From IMG/VR virus record IMGVR_UViG_3300034220_000009, positions 1 to 49,368 of that record: a stretch of 49,368 nt of DNA; one strand, written 5' to 3'. This DNA comes from a virus. Shown here piece by piece: positions 40,105-49,123 of the stretch. A program made the position numbers and the translations under genes. Each line of letters starts with the position of its first letter. Positions within the stretch are counted from its first letter, which is position 1. Under the pieces are notes generated by a model, which had not been told where the DNA came from, searched no databases, and saw only the letters and a list, made by a program, of their open reading frames with translations.

Positions 40105-41403
40105 CTATTTGAACTCCTTAAAAGTCTTCTGTAGAAAGGATATCACCCCGTCCACCTTCCCTTCAATTGCAGTCAGCCGATCAGGCTGTGCCACCTCTGG
40201 TACGTCGTAGTTTTTCAGATCGATATCATCACCGCACAACGTCTTGGCGAGCTGATTATGTTCAACCAGTCGGAGCTGATATCCGTACTTGGCTTTCAGG
40301 TCACGAAGAAGGGAACGGGTACTCTCGATAGTGTCCTGATCCTGCACGGGGTCGATCTCAATACCGATGAAGTCATTACCGGCTGGCCCGGCGTGCCATG
40401 CCCGATCCTTCAGGCTGACCATCTGTATGACTCGCTTACCAGATACGACGAAGTGAGCCGATATCTCGACGTTCTGTCCTGTGAAGTAGTTGATCACGCT
40501 GCCCACAGTATTGACGTTTTTCGTACCGAAGTCGTGGAGGACAACCGCTTCTGGCCGATTAGGGAAGTTGCCGCGCTGGAAGTTGGTCGTGGCTGCCGGT
40601 ATCACTTCTGTAACACACATTACGTCTTTGTCAAAAACGTAACCTACAGGGGGGATAACGGGGGGGTTAGCCGGCGGCGTAACAGGGGTGGCCGGTGGGG
40701 ATAACGGGGGGATAGGTTTGGGGGTTAGATCAATCAGTCCTGTTGTGCTGGCATCGGTGAACGCACCCGACCAAAAGTAGGTGTCGCTGTAGCGGCCGAC
40801 ATACCAGATGTCATTACCGGCATACGGCTCGGCTTTGACGTAACCTTTGAAGTCCAAGATATCGTTGGCTGGAAACTCGCCAAGCACCACTCCGCTGATA
40901 CTGGGAGAAGCACGGCGATTGACACCGAAGCTTGCGACACGGCGTTGGTAGGGTTGCATCACATCCGGTGCGGGTGCGGGAGCTGGGGCCGGCGTTGGCG
41001 CGTATGTACCAGCGAGCCAGTCTGCCGGCGGTATAAAATCGTCGAAGCTCTCGGCCCGGTACTTGCGGCTGATATCCCAGTGGACATGAACGCCACTCGA
41101 CAAGCCGGTACTGCCACTGTCCGCGATATGCTGGCCTTCGTTAACGTCTTGGCCGACAGTGACATGTAGACGATTGTTGTGCATCAGGCGATGATAGAAC
41201 TGGCCGTCGTATAGGATGACCATATTGCCGCCGGTGGGATCCCATGCCGCAAAACTGACACGGGCTTTCGCCGGAGCAAGAACCTGTCGATCTGCACCTA
41301 GTCCGTAGTCGACGCCGGAGTGCCGACCGAAGCGGGCAAGGTTGCCGACATTCTCACCATGTTCCGTGGTGATTGTGTAGGGAGCGTCAACGGGTCGTCT
41401 CAT
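40105..41403 (-). CDS. Endolysin: M23 peptidase + central SH3-like/linker + N-acetylmuramoyl-L-alanine amidase (amidase_2) (432 aa)
   Basis: M23 landmarks HSGVDY and GVHVHWD. Pro-rich linkers. The C-terminal block AVVLHDFG...ISAHFVV...RAWHAGPAGNDFIGIEI is typical of PGRP/amidase_2. Confidence 0.8.
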   Translation of the reverse strand: MRRPVDAPYTITTEHGENVGNLARFGRHSGVDYGLGADRQVLAPAKARVSFAAWDPTGGNMVILYDGQFYHRLMHNNRLHVTVGQDVNEGQHIADSGSTGLSSGVHVHWDISRKYRAESFDDFIPPADWLAGTYAPTPAPAPAPAPDVMQPYQRRVASFGVNRRASPSISGVVLGEFPANDILDFKGYVKAEPYAGNDIWYVGRYSDTYFWSGAFTDASTTGLIDLTPKPIPPLSPPATPVTPPANPPVIPPVGYVFDKDVMCVTEVIPAATTNFQRGNFPNRPEAVVLHDFGTKNVNTVGSVINYFTGQNVEISAHFVVSGKRVIQMVSLKDRAWHAGPAGNDFIGIEIDPVQDQDTIESTRSLLRDLKAKYGYQLRLVEHNQLAKTLCGDDIDLKNYDVPEVAQPDRLTAIEGKVDGVISFLQKTFKEFK

Positions 41404-41407
41404 ATCC

Positions 41408-41776
41408 CTATTCTACAGTATCGACTTTGCGGAGCATTTGTATCCTCTCGCGCTCAACGGTGCGATAAAGATAGAACCATGCAGCACCGGAGATGGCCGC
41501 GAACGTAGCGTTCGAGAATGCGTACATCACGCCAAGCGAAGCCACCGGCTGCCGAACATATTCACCAGACAACGCGGCGATATCAATGACGATAGGCACG
41601 ACGTTTGCGAGTAGTAGCGTCAGTCCGAAATAGAACAGGATGCGGCGTACGAGCGTAAGGTCGCGTATCTGTTTCTTGAGAACTTTGTGTTGCTGGTACA
41701 AGACATAGCCGAAAAAGCCGAAGGCAATAAGCCGTAGCGTCAGGAGTAGAGCTGCGAATAGAGTGAGGTTTATCAT
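41408..41776 (-). CDS. Holin-like membrane protein (122 aa, 3-4 TM)
   Basis: Hydrophobic helices throughout. It lies directly upstream of the endolysin. Confidence 0.55.
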   Translation of the reverse strand: MINLTLFAALLLTLRLIAFGFFGYVLYQQHKVLKKQIRDLTLVRRILFYFGLTLLLANVVPIVIDIAALSGEYVRQPVASLGVMYAFSNATFAAISGAAWFYLYRTVERERIQMLRKVDTVE

Positions 41777-42006
41777 AAATTGTGGTGGTCTGGCTTGGCC
41801 GCTAAGTATATTTTAAGCGTAAAACCGTTTTCTACCAATAGCCCATTAAGATGTTCATTGGCAATCTTCGCCCGGTCTACCATTTCTTGTTTAGCTTCCT
41901 TGTGGGCGACGATCTCAATGGCCGCGCCGACCTCGCGATGAGGCAGCGTTATACCTTTGGCTTCTTTGATCTGCGGCTCCTGCTTTTTCTTCCTAAAAAA
42001 CCACAT
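41773..42006 (-). CDS. Hypothetical protein (77 aa)
   Basis: Start MWFFRKKKQEP at 42006, just after the upstream stop. Confidence 0.45.
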   Translation of the reverse strand: MWFFRKKKQEPQIKEAKGITLPHREVGAAIEIVAHKEAKQEMVDRAKIANEHLNGLLVENGFTLKIYLAAKPDHHNL

Positions 42007-42007
42007 G

Positions 42008-42295
42008 TTAGTGTCTCGTTCCAATCTGTTTACCAATCTCTATCTTCTCGCTTAGGATACGGATCGCTTGTGAGTTGGCTTGTAGGACTTCAGTGACATC
42101 ACGCGTCGTCTCGCGCTGATCAATCAGCCGAGCATCTTGTATTCCGTATATCTGTGCCTGTAACGATTTTTCCTCTTCCCTGTGCATCTTGTTATCCTCA
42201 CGATGCTCCCGCCGTTCTTGGATATATAGCCACAGAGCCACCGCCGCGACCAGGCCCAGACCGCCTTGAGTTATGAGTGGCCCTACAATTTCCAT
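42008..42295 (-). CDS. N-terminally anchored coiled-coil protein (95 aa), lysis-cassette member
   Basis: Single TM (GLGLVAAVALWLYI), then a charged helical region. The topology is spanin-like or holin-regulator-like. Confidence 0.5.
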   Translation of the reverse strand: MEIVGPLITQGGLGLVAAVALWLYIQERREHREDNKMHREEEKSLQAQIYGIQDARLIDQRETTRDVTEVLQANSQAIRILSEKIEIGKQIGTRH

Positions 42296-42352
42296 CTGCT
42301 AAGTTTCCTAAATATCACTACCATTGTAACGTAGGGACCGCAAAGGCGATGT

Positions 42353-42380
42353 AATAAAAAAGAGGCCCGGAGGGGCCTCT
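42353..42380 (-). terminator. Rho-independent terminator after the structural operon
   Basis: The minus strand reads AGAGGCCC-CTCC-GGGCCTCT followed by TTTTTTATT. Confidence 0.8.
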
Positions 42381-42385
42381 TTCGG

Positions 42386-42865
42386 CTAGACCTTGAGACT
42401 ACCGTTTTTGCGTAGCTTGTCGAGCTGTTTTTGGATTTCGGAGTCGGTCTTTTTGTTGTAGTTCTCTTCAGACAAAGGAACCATCAGGCCGCCGACATTG
42501 CGGACGTGGGTGTGTGGCGTCTTGCCATCGAAGACATCCACGGTGCTGCCATTCCGACGAGGAAAGCCCATACCAGCTTCGTCCTGTTGCAGACCACTAT
42601 CCACGACACGATCAGGTGTACCTTCGTCGCCTTCGTTGTTGAAGTTGGCTGGGACTGGCTCCTGATCGGCTGGGACTACTGGCTCCTGCGATCCATCGTC
42701 AACTTCTACGGTGTTGCCTTCGTCGTCGACGAACTCGCCGTCGCTGCTGGCATCCAAGGTAGCCTTCGCGTCTTCAGGAACTTCTGATCCCTTGACGCCT
42801 TTGCCATCTTCATCGAAGTAACGGACTTTACCGCTGGCATCGGTGCGCTTCTGGTAGTTTGGCAT
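42386..42865 (-). CDS. Hypothetical acidic protein (159 aa)
   Basis: Last ORF of the structural operon before the terminator. Confidence 0.6.
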   Translation of the reverse strand: MPNYQKRTDASGKVRYFDEDGKGVKGSEVPEDAKATLDASSDGEFVDDEGNTVEVDDGSQEPVVPADQEPVPANFNNEGDEGTPDRVVDSGLQQDEAGMGFPRRNGSTVDVFDGKTPHTHVRNVGGLMVPLSEENYNKKTDSEIQKQLDKLRKNGSLKV

Positions 42866-42900
42866 GTAGTTCTCCTTCTTATTACAGGTGCTATTATAGC

Positions 42901-45900
42901 CTATCTGGCAGTTCTCATCTGTTGTTCTTCCTCTTCCTGCTTGGCACGATCACGGGCGTTCCGTCGCCGGCTGCGGACTGCGCGACGGTTGAGGTTGAGC
43001 TTCTGTTGGTCGTACATCTCTTGCATCTGTGGCGTGGCCTTGGAGCCATGCTGTTCAGCCCACGGCTTGAAGCTCTGGGCCAGTTGTTGATTGTACTCAT
43101 CCGCGATCTGACGTGCCGTGGTGGTGTCGCCAGCCGCGATAGCTTCGTTGATACGCTTGCTCGCGCCAGCACGGAGCTTGGCCGTCTTGTCGAGCGTCTT
43201 GTAGAACTCATCCTTTTCTGCGCCACCACGCGCGCCGGTGAGTGCATCACCCACGCCGGAAACGGGATTGCTGGTGAACAGGTTGCCGGTCAGGGAGCGG
43301 ATAGCGGAATCGGTCTTGATCGGGGATCCACCGGTCAGGCCGGAGACAAGCTTCGCCGCGGTGCTGGTACTATCGCGTACCTGCATCTCGTCGGGAAGAT
43401 CTTCCATACCTTCCGGTACGATAGGTGAATCGAAGTACAGATTATGATTGGCGACGTTCTCTATCGGTGCTTTGATCGCTGGGTTGAGCAGACTGCCGGC
43501 GGTACGGCTTAGGTTGAACTTGCCGTCTTTGATAGTATCGATCGGCAGGACGCTACCAACCGCAGATAGGGCCGTCTCCCAAGCTGTCTTATCCGGTTGT
43601 CCGCGCAGATGGGCTAATATGCTTTCAGTAATGTTGCCGAATACCTTGTCCGGTTCGTTCTTCGGCAGCTTCAGTACTTGATCGTAGTTGCCCTTCTCGT
43701 CCTTCTTATCTCCCAGCACAAGAATGAAGTTGTTATCCTTCACATCTTGGCTGATCGAATCGTAGACTTCAGGGTATTGCGTGGTGTTCCATGCGTACAC
43801 GCTGGCAGCTGGGACAGCGATGTTGCTGGTAATCGCGACAGCTGCACGCTTCGGGTTGTTCTTGATGGCTGAGATGACATTCTTGTTACCTTGCAAACGG
43901 GTATTCAGGAAGAGCAGGTAGTCGTTCAACACGCGGCCTTCCTTACCGAAATTGGCGAAGTCGACCGTTACGGAGCGCGCGCCACGGGCAGCATCTTCGA
44001 TAGTGCCGCCAGCTTCCTTGATCGCCCGGGCTTCAGCCAGACGTGGCGCGTACTCAATAGCGCGGCCGGCAGCTTCAACACCACCGTACGCCTTGCCTAA
44101 GATACGGGTGACTTCATCCCACATGCCCTTCGGCGTAGTGATGTCCGGGCCGTTCACTTTACGGTCAAGGTCTTTGATGAGGTTACGGGACTTGTCGTAG
44201 TCGTTATAGATACCCCCGCCACCGCCGCCGGCAGATCGGACTTCCTTCGAGAGTTTGCTGTCGGTAGCCGCGTCAATGAAACCTTGCGCCCAGCGCTTCA
44301 TGTATGGTAGGACGGTGACATACTCCCACACGGGGATAGCCTTCGACGTGATAGCCGTCTGCCGGGCATCACGGATCGGGTTCTTGACGAATTGGAACGG
44401 CAGCGAGAGTGTCGTGACGGCAGCACGGAGCGGTTGTGCGACGTACTTAGCCACCTTACCGACAGTATCGCGCTGTGCTTCATTGAGGCCCATCCACGTA
44501 TCTGCAATCTCTTCCGGCAAGGCGATGCGTTCTTGGACGCCCTTGCGGATACGGCTGACCGCCTTGTAACCCTTGGGTACGTCTTTGTCGAGCAAGGTCT
44601 GGAACTCGTCCTTGTTACGGCTGATCGTTTCCAGCGCGTCATCGTAGTCCAGTGACAGGGCTTCCAGATCATCTAGCAACTCTGTCATGCGGCCTTCGCG
44701 GCTGCCGACCTTCTTCTTGAGCTTCTGGATTTCAGACAGTGGCGCTTCGACCAGCGAGCGCACGAACGCCGCCGTATCCTGCGGGCCGAGCTTGCTTGGA
44801 TTGACGGGAATTTCATCGCCAATCTCCTTGAGGATCGCCCGTTCTTCTGTCGAGGTAGGAACATTCTTGCCGGCTTGCGAGGTGGGGACCTTGCCGCCCA
44901 GTCCGGACGACGTGAACTGCGGCGTTGAATCGACGCCACCCTTCTTGAGTGATAGCTTCAGACCCTCTTTCTCGAAACGGTTGACTTCACTTTGCAGACG
45001 ACGGAGCCAGCGTTCGCGAGTGCCGATCAGCTTATCTACCTTGTTGGCGACCTTCCGGAGTTCGCGGTTCTCGCTGGACAAGCTCATGCGTTGCAGTACG
45101 TCATCGGCATTGCGAAGAGGAACGACCAGCGACGGATCGATTTCTTTGAAGCGCTCGGCCGCATCGAACATCTTGGACTTGTTGACGCGATCCATCACCG
45201 AACGGGTGGTATTGAGCATCGATTCCAGTGGATCGAGAATTTCGTACTGCTCGTCCTGCATACCTTTGACGGCCTGCAATATCTTATCCTTCGATGAGCT
45301 GCGGCTACCGACCGAGAACGCCTGCCGGTTTGAACCGTTGGCGAGGTATTCGACAACATTGCGCTTGGAGAAAAAGTTCGGATTCGTTTCCTTGATCTTG
45401 CTGTACGCCTCTTCCGTCAGGTCGCCACTGTCGACGAGCATCCGGAGCAGGGTGTCGTGGTGATTACGTACTGCGTTCACGGCAGCTTCAGCCTGTTCAA
45501 CCTCTTCGGGGCGGCGCTTCGACCGGATGGCTTGGATAGCGGCTTCGGCACGTTGCACGATCTCCGGGGCATACTTGTCAGCACGGTCAAGAATCTGCTG
45601 CGACTCACCCAATACCCGTACGTCATCCGTACCGCCCTTATAGAGTCCACCCAGTGCATCCATGACCGGAGCGATCTGTTCGCGGTTGGAGTCGTCCAGT
45701 CCATTAGCCAACTGTCGCCATGCGGCAGGATCATCAGCCGCCGCCAGCTTCCCACCGGTCTTCTCGGTGTAGCGACGGGAGAACTCATCAAGCGGTGCGT
45801 CACGGTTGAACAAGCCTTCATAGACACGCTGACGCCAGCCCTTCTTGGCCTGCATAGCTTCGACCTGCTCACCACTCCGCATCCGGGCCAGTACATCCTC

Positions 45901-46941
45901 ATCAGCATTTTGCATGTCCTCAAGCGGACGGATAGGATCGTCGTCCGGCAGCTTCGGTGTAGTAGCCGGCGTATTACGCGACGTACCGTACTGACTAGTG
46001 AGTTCTGCTGTAGACTTGCGCGCGCCAGTAGGTGTGATGGCTTGGACAAGTTCATCGGCCGGGTTCGTCTCGGCCACGGCGTTCGCTACGGTATCCCGGC
46101 CAACAAGCCGATTGATAGCGCTCATCGCAAGTCCGCTGTCAGCAGCGTCAGTAATCTTCTTGACCTGCTTCTCGTCAGTCGTACGAGCAATCGATGGAGC
46201 GATACGGTCGATAACGTCACTGGCGAACTTGCCCCGCAAGCTCTCACGCACCACGATCTCATCAGGAGTCTCGGCCAGATCTTTCGCCAGCTTCTTACCT
46301 ACGGCCTTCGGGCCAGCGCCAACGCCGGGAACGTCGAGGGCTGTAGCGCCGACAGCGCCAAGGTATGACAGTGGGCCGGCAGCACCCTTCACACCTGACC
46401 AACCGGGCGATGTTTCCACAGCCTGTTCATAACCTTCGCGGCGCTTCTGTATGCTCTCGACCGGTTTATCACCCAGAATAACCTTCTCGGCCTTGTTGTC
46501 TGGAATGAAGCTACGGGACTGCTCTACCTTCTTCTGGCTACGTTCCTTGATCCGCTTGAGCGCTTCATCGCTAGGGTCTTCCGCGCCATATATCTTGAGC
46601 GTGGTGCGGAGCGACGGATCGTTCTCCATAGCTTTTTTGCGGTCGTCGTACGACATCTTTTGGAAGGCGTCGATATCGGCGTCCAGCTTGTCGCGGGTGG
46701 TGCGGGTCTGCGTCTCGGTCATGGATTGGCCCATACCGATCACGCCGCGCGGGATTCCACGGGCGACCTCCACGGCAAAGTCGGTGACAGGTTTCGCTTT
46801 CTTGGCGGTGCGCTCACCGAAATCAAAGACGTCATCAACGAAACCGGCGGCCTTGTTTTTCAAGCCGCCTTTCTGATCTCGTTTCTGTTCGTCGTCTTCA
46901 TCCTGCCGAATCGTTCGCCAGATGTCATCCCAGATACCCAT
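42901..46941 (-). CDS. Giant virion protein (1346 aa), probable internal/ejection protein
   Basis: Longest ORF. It is largely helical with a Gly run (GGGGGGIYNDYD). It follows the 330- and 210-aa proteins, as the gp14-16 slot does in T7-like maps. No enzymatic motif was recognised. Confidence 0.5.
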   Translation of the reverse strand: MGIWDDIWRTIRQDEDDEQKRDQKGGLKNKAAGFVDDVFDFGERTAKKAKPVTDFAVEVARGIPRGVIGMGQSMTETQTRTTRDKLDADIDAFQKMSYDDRKKAMENDPSLRTTLKIYGAEDPSDEALKRIKERSQKKVEQSRSFIPDNKAEKVILGDKPVESIQKRREGYEQAVETSPGWSGVKGAAGPLSYLGAVGATALDVPGVGAGPKAVGKKLAKDLAETPDEIVVRESLRGKFASDVIDRIAPSIARTTDEKQVKKITDAADSGLAMSAINRLVGRDTVANAVAETNPADELVQAITPTGARKSTAELTSQYGTSRNTPATTPKLPDDDPIRPLEDMQNADEDVLARMRSGEQVEAMQAKKGWRQRVYEGLFNRDAPLDEFSRRYTEKTGGKLAAADDPAAWRQLANGLDDSNREQIAPVMDALGGLYKGGTDDVRVLGESQQILDRADKYAPEIVQRAEAAIQAIRSKRRPEEVEQAEAAVNAVRNHHDTLLRMLVDSGDLTEEAYSKIKETNPNFFSKRNVVEYLANGSNRQAFSVGSRSSSKDKILQAVKGMQDEQYEILDPLESMLNTTRSVMDRVNKSKMFDAAERFKEIDPSLVVPLRNADDVLQRMSLSSENRELRKVANKVDKLIGTRERWLRRLQSEVNRFEKEGLKLSLKKGGVDSTPQFTSSGLGGKVPTSQAGKNVPTSTEERAILKEIGDEIPVNPSKLGPQDTAAFVRSLVEAPLSEIQKLKKKVGSREGRMTELLDDLEALSLDYDDALETISRNKDEFQTLLDKDVPKGYKAVSRIRKGVQERIALPEEIADTWMGLNEAQRDTVGKVAKYVAQPLRAAVTTLSLPFQFVKNPIRDARQTAITSKAIPVWEYVTVLPYMKRWAQGFIDAATDSKLSKEVRSAGGGGGGIYNDYDKSRNLIKDLDRKVNGPDITTPKGMWDEVTRILGKAYGGVEAAGRAIEYAPRLAEARAIKEAGGTIEDAARGARSVTVDFANFGKEGRVLNDYLLFLNTRLQGNKNVISAIKNNPKRAAVAITSNIAVPAASVYAWNTTQYPEVYDSISQDVKDNNFILVLGDKKDEKGNYDQVLKLPKNEPDKVFGNITESILAHLRGQPDKTAWETALSAVGSVLPIDTIKDGKFNLSRTAGSLLNPAIKAPIENVANHNLYFDSPIVPEGMEDLPDEMQVRDSTSTAAKLVSGLTGGSPIKTDSAIRSLTGNLFTSNPVSGVGDALTGARGGAEKDEFYKTLDKTAKLRAGASKRINEAIAAGDTTTARQIADEYNQQLAQSFKPWAEQHGSKATPQMQEMYDQQKLNLNRRAVRSRRRNARDRAKQEEEEQQMRTAR

Positions 46942-47573
46942 TACAGACTGAAGCCCCCACCACTGGCCGTACCGGAACCGCCCATGCGGAATACAGGATT
47001 GCCGAGGTTGGCCTTCGATTTCTCATACTGACCACGGCCGAACATGTGTGGGTAACGATCGAGTAGTTGGCGTGTGATATCTTCAGGGCGCGGATTACCC
47101 TTCTTGAACAGATCAGGATAGTAGTCGCGGAACTCGTCGACCACTTCGCTATCATTACGGTAGAGGGCTTGCGCCAGATCGTTCATCTCCGTCCAGTCGT
47201 TCTCAAATTGGATATCCACAGGATTCTCGGAGTCTTTGATAGCATCAGTGCGCCGTACGCCGGTACGCTTGGCATAGGTGTCGATATCAATCTCCTTGCC
47301 TTCCGGATCGAAGAAGGCGAAACCGCCGTCCTCTTTACGGGTGCGTTGGTACTTGCCGGGATCCATCTGATCCTTCAGCCGGGCGGCGGTGGCCTGTCGT
47401 GCCGCTTCATCCTCGCCAGCACGGAAGTTGGTAAAGCCTTCATTGCTTGCGCCGGCTACGGCCTGATTCTGAAAAGCCCCGTTGAAAAAGTTCTGTACTT
47501 CCCCACCACCGGTCGCCGGTGCGGCTACTTGCCGTGCCGCTTGATTCGCGCGTAAAAAATCCTCTGGTGTCAT
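46941..47573 (-). CDS. Virion-module protein (210 aa), possible internal protein
   Basis: One-base overlap (shared nt 46941) with the giant gene's start codon. Positional inference. Confidence 0.5.
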   Translation of the reverse strand: MTPEDFLRANQAARQVAAPATGGGEVQNFFNGAFQNQAVAGASNEGFTNFRAGEDEAARQATAARLKDQMDPGKYQRTRKEDGGFAFFDPEGKEIDIDTYAKRTGVRRTDAIKDSENPVDIQFENDWTEMNDLAQALYRNDSEVVDEFRDYYPDLFKKGNPRPEDITRQLLDRYPHMFGRGQYEKSKANLGNPVFRMGGSGTASGGGFSL

Positions 47574-47574
47574 C

Positions 47575-48567
47575 TTATCCTCCTATTGCCTGTCGTGTAG
47601 CGGCAACGTCGGCGGCGCTGTAGCCTTGGCCCGGTAATCCGGCAAGGAACGTGTCGATCTGTGATGCGCGGTTCTGCCCCGTACGTTGCAAGACCTCACC
47701 CTGCCGCTCGACATCCTGCCGCGTCCGTTCGATACGCTCTTCAGCAGCAAGGTCTTCCATGTAACTATCAAGATCGAATTGCGCACGCGCACGTTGTTGA
47801 GTAGCCATCTCCCCGGCGCGGGTATCGCCCTTCGCGATGTCTTCAATCGTTCGGTCGCGAAACAGCTCTTTCGCACTACGCTGGTCTTTGAATTCCTGAA
47901 GCTGGCGGCCGTTGGTGACATTGCGAAGTCGCACCTGATCGACCTGCGCTTGTGCGCCAAGTCCGGTCGTAGCGTTGCCGGAAGCGGATAGCTCTTCGGA
48001 AAGCTGGCGATACTGTACGTCGAAGTCCTCGCCCTCATCGGTCTGGTAGTTCGCTTCCTGTTGCTGCGACTGCTGTAGCGCTGCCGCTACGTCTTCGACC
48101 GTACGGGTACGCTTGGTAGCGTTGTCTTCCAGAGTGTTCTTCTGTGTTGACGCGATCTCTTGGGTACTGAGTTGAAAGCCCTGCTGTGCCTGCGCGCGGT
48201 TGACGTTCTGGGCGTTCATGAATTCGCTCCACTTGCGCTCGTACAATGGGTTCACCGCTGCTTCGGCAGCCGACTTGGCCCGATTGTAGTTCCCCATGAT
48301 GTCAAACTGCGCTACCTTGGGGCGCGCATTAAGTGAGGCGATCATGGACTGCAAGCGGGCCATCTCCGCATTGTGCGCGGCATTACCACCGGAAGGTGGA
48401 GTCGGCATCGGCGGTGGGCTAATACCTGCCCCACCACTGCCGCCGGCACTCGTCGGCCGGTCGCCCCAACCGCCCCAGTCCGTAACACGGTTACTACCTG
48501 AGCCGGGCGTCAAGTAGTCGTATGTCCGTCCGAGAAAGCCTGCCGCTGATTTTACTAGATTTGCCAT
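47575..48567 (-). CDS. Gln-rich coiled-coil virion-module protein (330 aa), possible internal protein
   Basis: Gly/Pro-rich N-terminus, then long Q/E/R-rich helical sequence. Confidence 0.5.
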   Translation of the reverse strand: MANLVKSAAGFLGRTYDYLTPGSGSNRVTDWGGWGDRPTSAGGSGGAGISPPPMPTPPSGGNAAHNAEMARLQSMIASLNARPKVAQFDIMGNYNRAKSAAEAAVNPLYERKWSEFMNAQNVNRAQAQQGFQLSTQEIASTQKNTLEDNATKRTRTVEDVAAALQQSQQQEANYQTDEGEDFDVQYRQLSEELSASGNATTGLGAQAQVDQVRLRNVTNGRQLQEFKDQRSAKELFRDRTIEDIAKGDTRAGEMATQQRARAQFDLDSYMEDLAAEERIERTRQDVERQGEVLQRTGQNRASQIDTFLAGLPGQGYSAADVAATRQAIGG

Positions 48568-48613
48568 ACGTTCTCCTTGATAGAATTATGCCGTTATGCA
48601 GGCATTTTCGCAA

Positions 48614-49123
48614 TTAATAGCCTCGGGTATGATAGGAAGAAAGCCCACAGTCGTTAGACAGAATGTAATATTTGAAGCGGATAACATACTGATTCGCGTC
48701 CGAAGTATAGGCGATACCGTTGAAGTTATCCAACTGATGCACCACCTTGAGACTCGTGGCGCTGACTCGGATAAAAAGGTTGTCGGCTACCGTGCCGGCC
48801 GAACCACTGTAGATGAACGTATCGGCAGCGTAGCGTTGTGCTTTGGGATCGATTTCAGAGCCGGCGTAGCTTTGAGCGTAGAAGTACGCAAGAACGTCCG
48901 GGGTATACGGCAGCTTGTGTTCAATCTCAAGCAATGTCTCTTCCTGCTGACTGACGACACCGGCAGAACCGACGAACGCCGTACCGCCAGTGAAGCGAAG
49001 AACAGCCAAGTGCGCCGGGTTAGCCTTGAGATTGACCTGCCACCGGGGACGACGGCTATCATAACGTGGCCGATCTTCACCGATGATCTTGCCATTCTCC
49101 ATGATGATAATGCCGGCGCTCAT
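48614..49123 (-). CDS. Virion-module protein (169 aa), paralogous module to the junction-spanning gene
   Basis: ATGA overlap with the upstream stop. Contains EIEHKLPYTPDVLAYFY, similar to the HDLGYxP modules of the 274-aa protein. Confidence 0.6.
   Translation of the reverse strand: MSAGIIIMENGKIIGEDRPRYDSRRPRWQVNLKANPAHLAVLRFTGGTAFVGSAGVVSQQEETLLEIEHKLPYTPDVLAYFYAQSYAGSEIDPKAQRYAADTFIYSGSAGTVADNLFIRVSATSLKVVHQLDNFNGIAYTSDANQYVIRFKYYILSNDCGLSSYHTRGY

Noticed and set aside
44687-46368. Long plus-strand ORFs (258 and 303 aa) antisense to the giant gene. Similar antisense ORFs lie at 4222..4884, 12387..13031, 13911..14708, 15207..15824 and 16596..17198.
   Set aside because: They lie wholly inside well-supported minus-strand genes. 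They have Arg/Ser/Leu-rich off-frame composition and no RBS, as is typical of shadow ORFs in GC-biased coding DNA.
42901-46941. The 1346-aa protein as an N4-like virion RNA polymerase or a tape measure protein.
   Set aside because: No polymerase catalytic motifs were seen. No tail tube, sheath or chaperone-frameshift genes accompany it. The call is left as internal/ejection protein with low confidence.
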